A DNA stretch of 64,000 bases from Candidatus Bathyarchaeota archaeon (GTDB lineage: Archaea > Thermoproteota > Bathyarchaeia > Bathyarchaeales > Bathycorpusculaceae), in the NCBI GenBank assembly GCA_963720565.1, contig CAVRFW010000012.1, forward strand, positions 64,001 through 128,000, written 5' to 3'. Positions 63,409 through 64,000 of this stretch are shown here, in pieces. Each line of letters starts with the position of its first letter. Positions within the stretch are counted from its first letter, which is position 1. A program made the position numbers and the translations under genes. Below the pieces are notes generated by a model, which saw only the letters and a list, made by a program, of their open reading frames with translations, made no database searches and was not told where the DNA came from.

Positions 63409-64000
63409 TTAGGTTAGCAGGACAAAGACGTAGATTGCTAATCCTCCGATTAGGTACAAGAAGGGGTTGTCCCAGGTGTGGGGTGAGTATGCTTCGGTTA
63501 TGGTCATGAGTAATGGCAAGATTGCGAGTAGGCATAGTAGCGTGTTCGAAGAAAAGAGATTGCGAGAAATACTTAAGGCTATAATAGTTGTTAGAAAAAC
63601 CATTGTGCTTCCTTCGTAACTGCGTGTGTAAACGCGGTTTCCAATCATGTCTTTAGTTTGGTACTTGTGTTTTCCGAAGCGGACGCCGATTGGTTCAGCT
63701 AAGCCATCGCCGAACGCGGTAATTAGTAAGGGGAGAGCTAGCAAGTCAAGCGGCATTCCTGAGAGTCCGTACAGGTAAGCTACGGTGATGAGTGCGATGT
63801 TCATGCCGATGATTTGGGTTGTAGCTAGCCTGACTGTATGTGGTCTGTCTTCTGGGCGGTCGTACGAGAGAGAAAGAAAATTGATGAATCGGACGCGCTT
63901 TCTTATTGGTTCGATGAAGATTAGGGATTCTGCGAAAGATAGAGAACCTGATATGATGAAGTACTCGATGCTGTAATTGAAGAAAGTTCGGTTAATTAAT
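63409..64000 (-). CDS. Dolichol/phytol kinase or cytidylyltransferase-family membrane protein, 5' end off the window
   Basis: GDGLAEPIGVRFGKH, RSYEGS, EAYSPHTWDN. Confidence 0.75.
   Translation of the reverse strand, partial: LINRTFFNYSIEYFIISGSLSFAESLIFIEPIRKRVRFINFLSLSYDRPEDRPHTVRLATTQIIGMNIALITVAYLYGLSGMPLDLLALPLLITAFGDGLAEPIGVRFGKHKYQTKDMIGNRVYTRSYEGSTMVFLTTIIALSISRNLFSSNTLLCLLAILPLLMTITEAYSPHTWDNPFLYLIGGLAIYVFVLLT

Overview
This is an archaeal chromosomal window, most consistent with a TACK lineage such as Bathyarchaeia. The evidence is ribosomal protein L38e, a tRNA intron with a bulge-helix-bulge (BHB) motif, a presenilin-type protease, archaeal GlmU, a porGDAB operon and many lineage-style membrane or Zn-ribbon hypotheticals; the taxonomy is an inference. 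It carries housekeeping and metabolic genes (dinB, por operon, mdh, citrate synthase, class II aldolase, glmM/glmU, tldD/pmbA, a dpp ABC operon, a P-type ATPase), three tRNAs, and an exopolysaccharide operon built around a hyaluronan/chitin-synthase-like GT2. More than 15 genes are split by single-base frameshifts, which points to uncorrected long-read indels rather than biology. The most striking unexplained structure has three parts. (1) The 8-mer CGCGCGCT/AGCGCGCG recurs at nine or more positions, outside convincing intact genes: between gene modules or at gene-truncation breakpoints. (2) A 482-bp unit at 27131-27612 has ~45-bp imperfect terminal inverted repeats that begin with this motif and enclose one small wHTH gene with a Cys4 tail. 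(3) That gene shows a mirror-symmetric A/C-to-G/T codon skew. Together these suggest a possibly undescribed GCGC-core recombination or mini-mobile-element system. All observations were made by eye; no searches were run.
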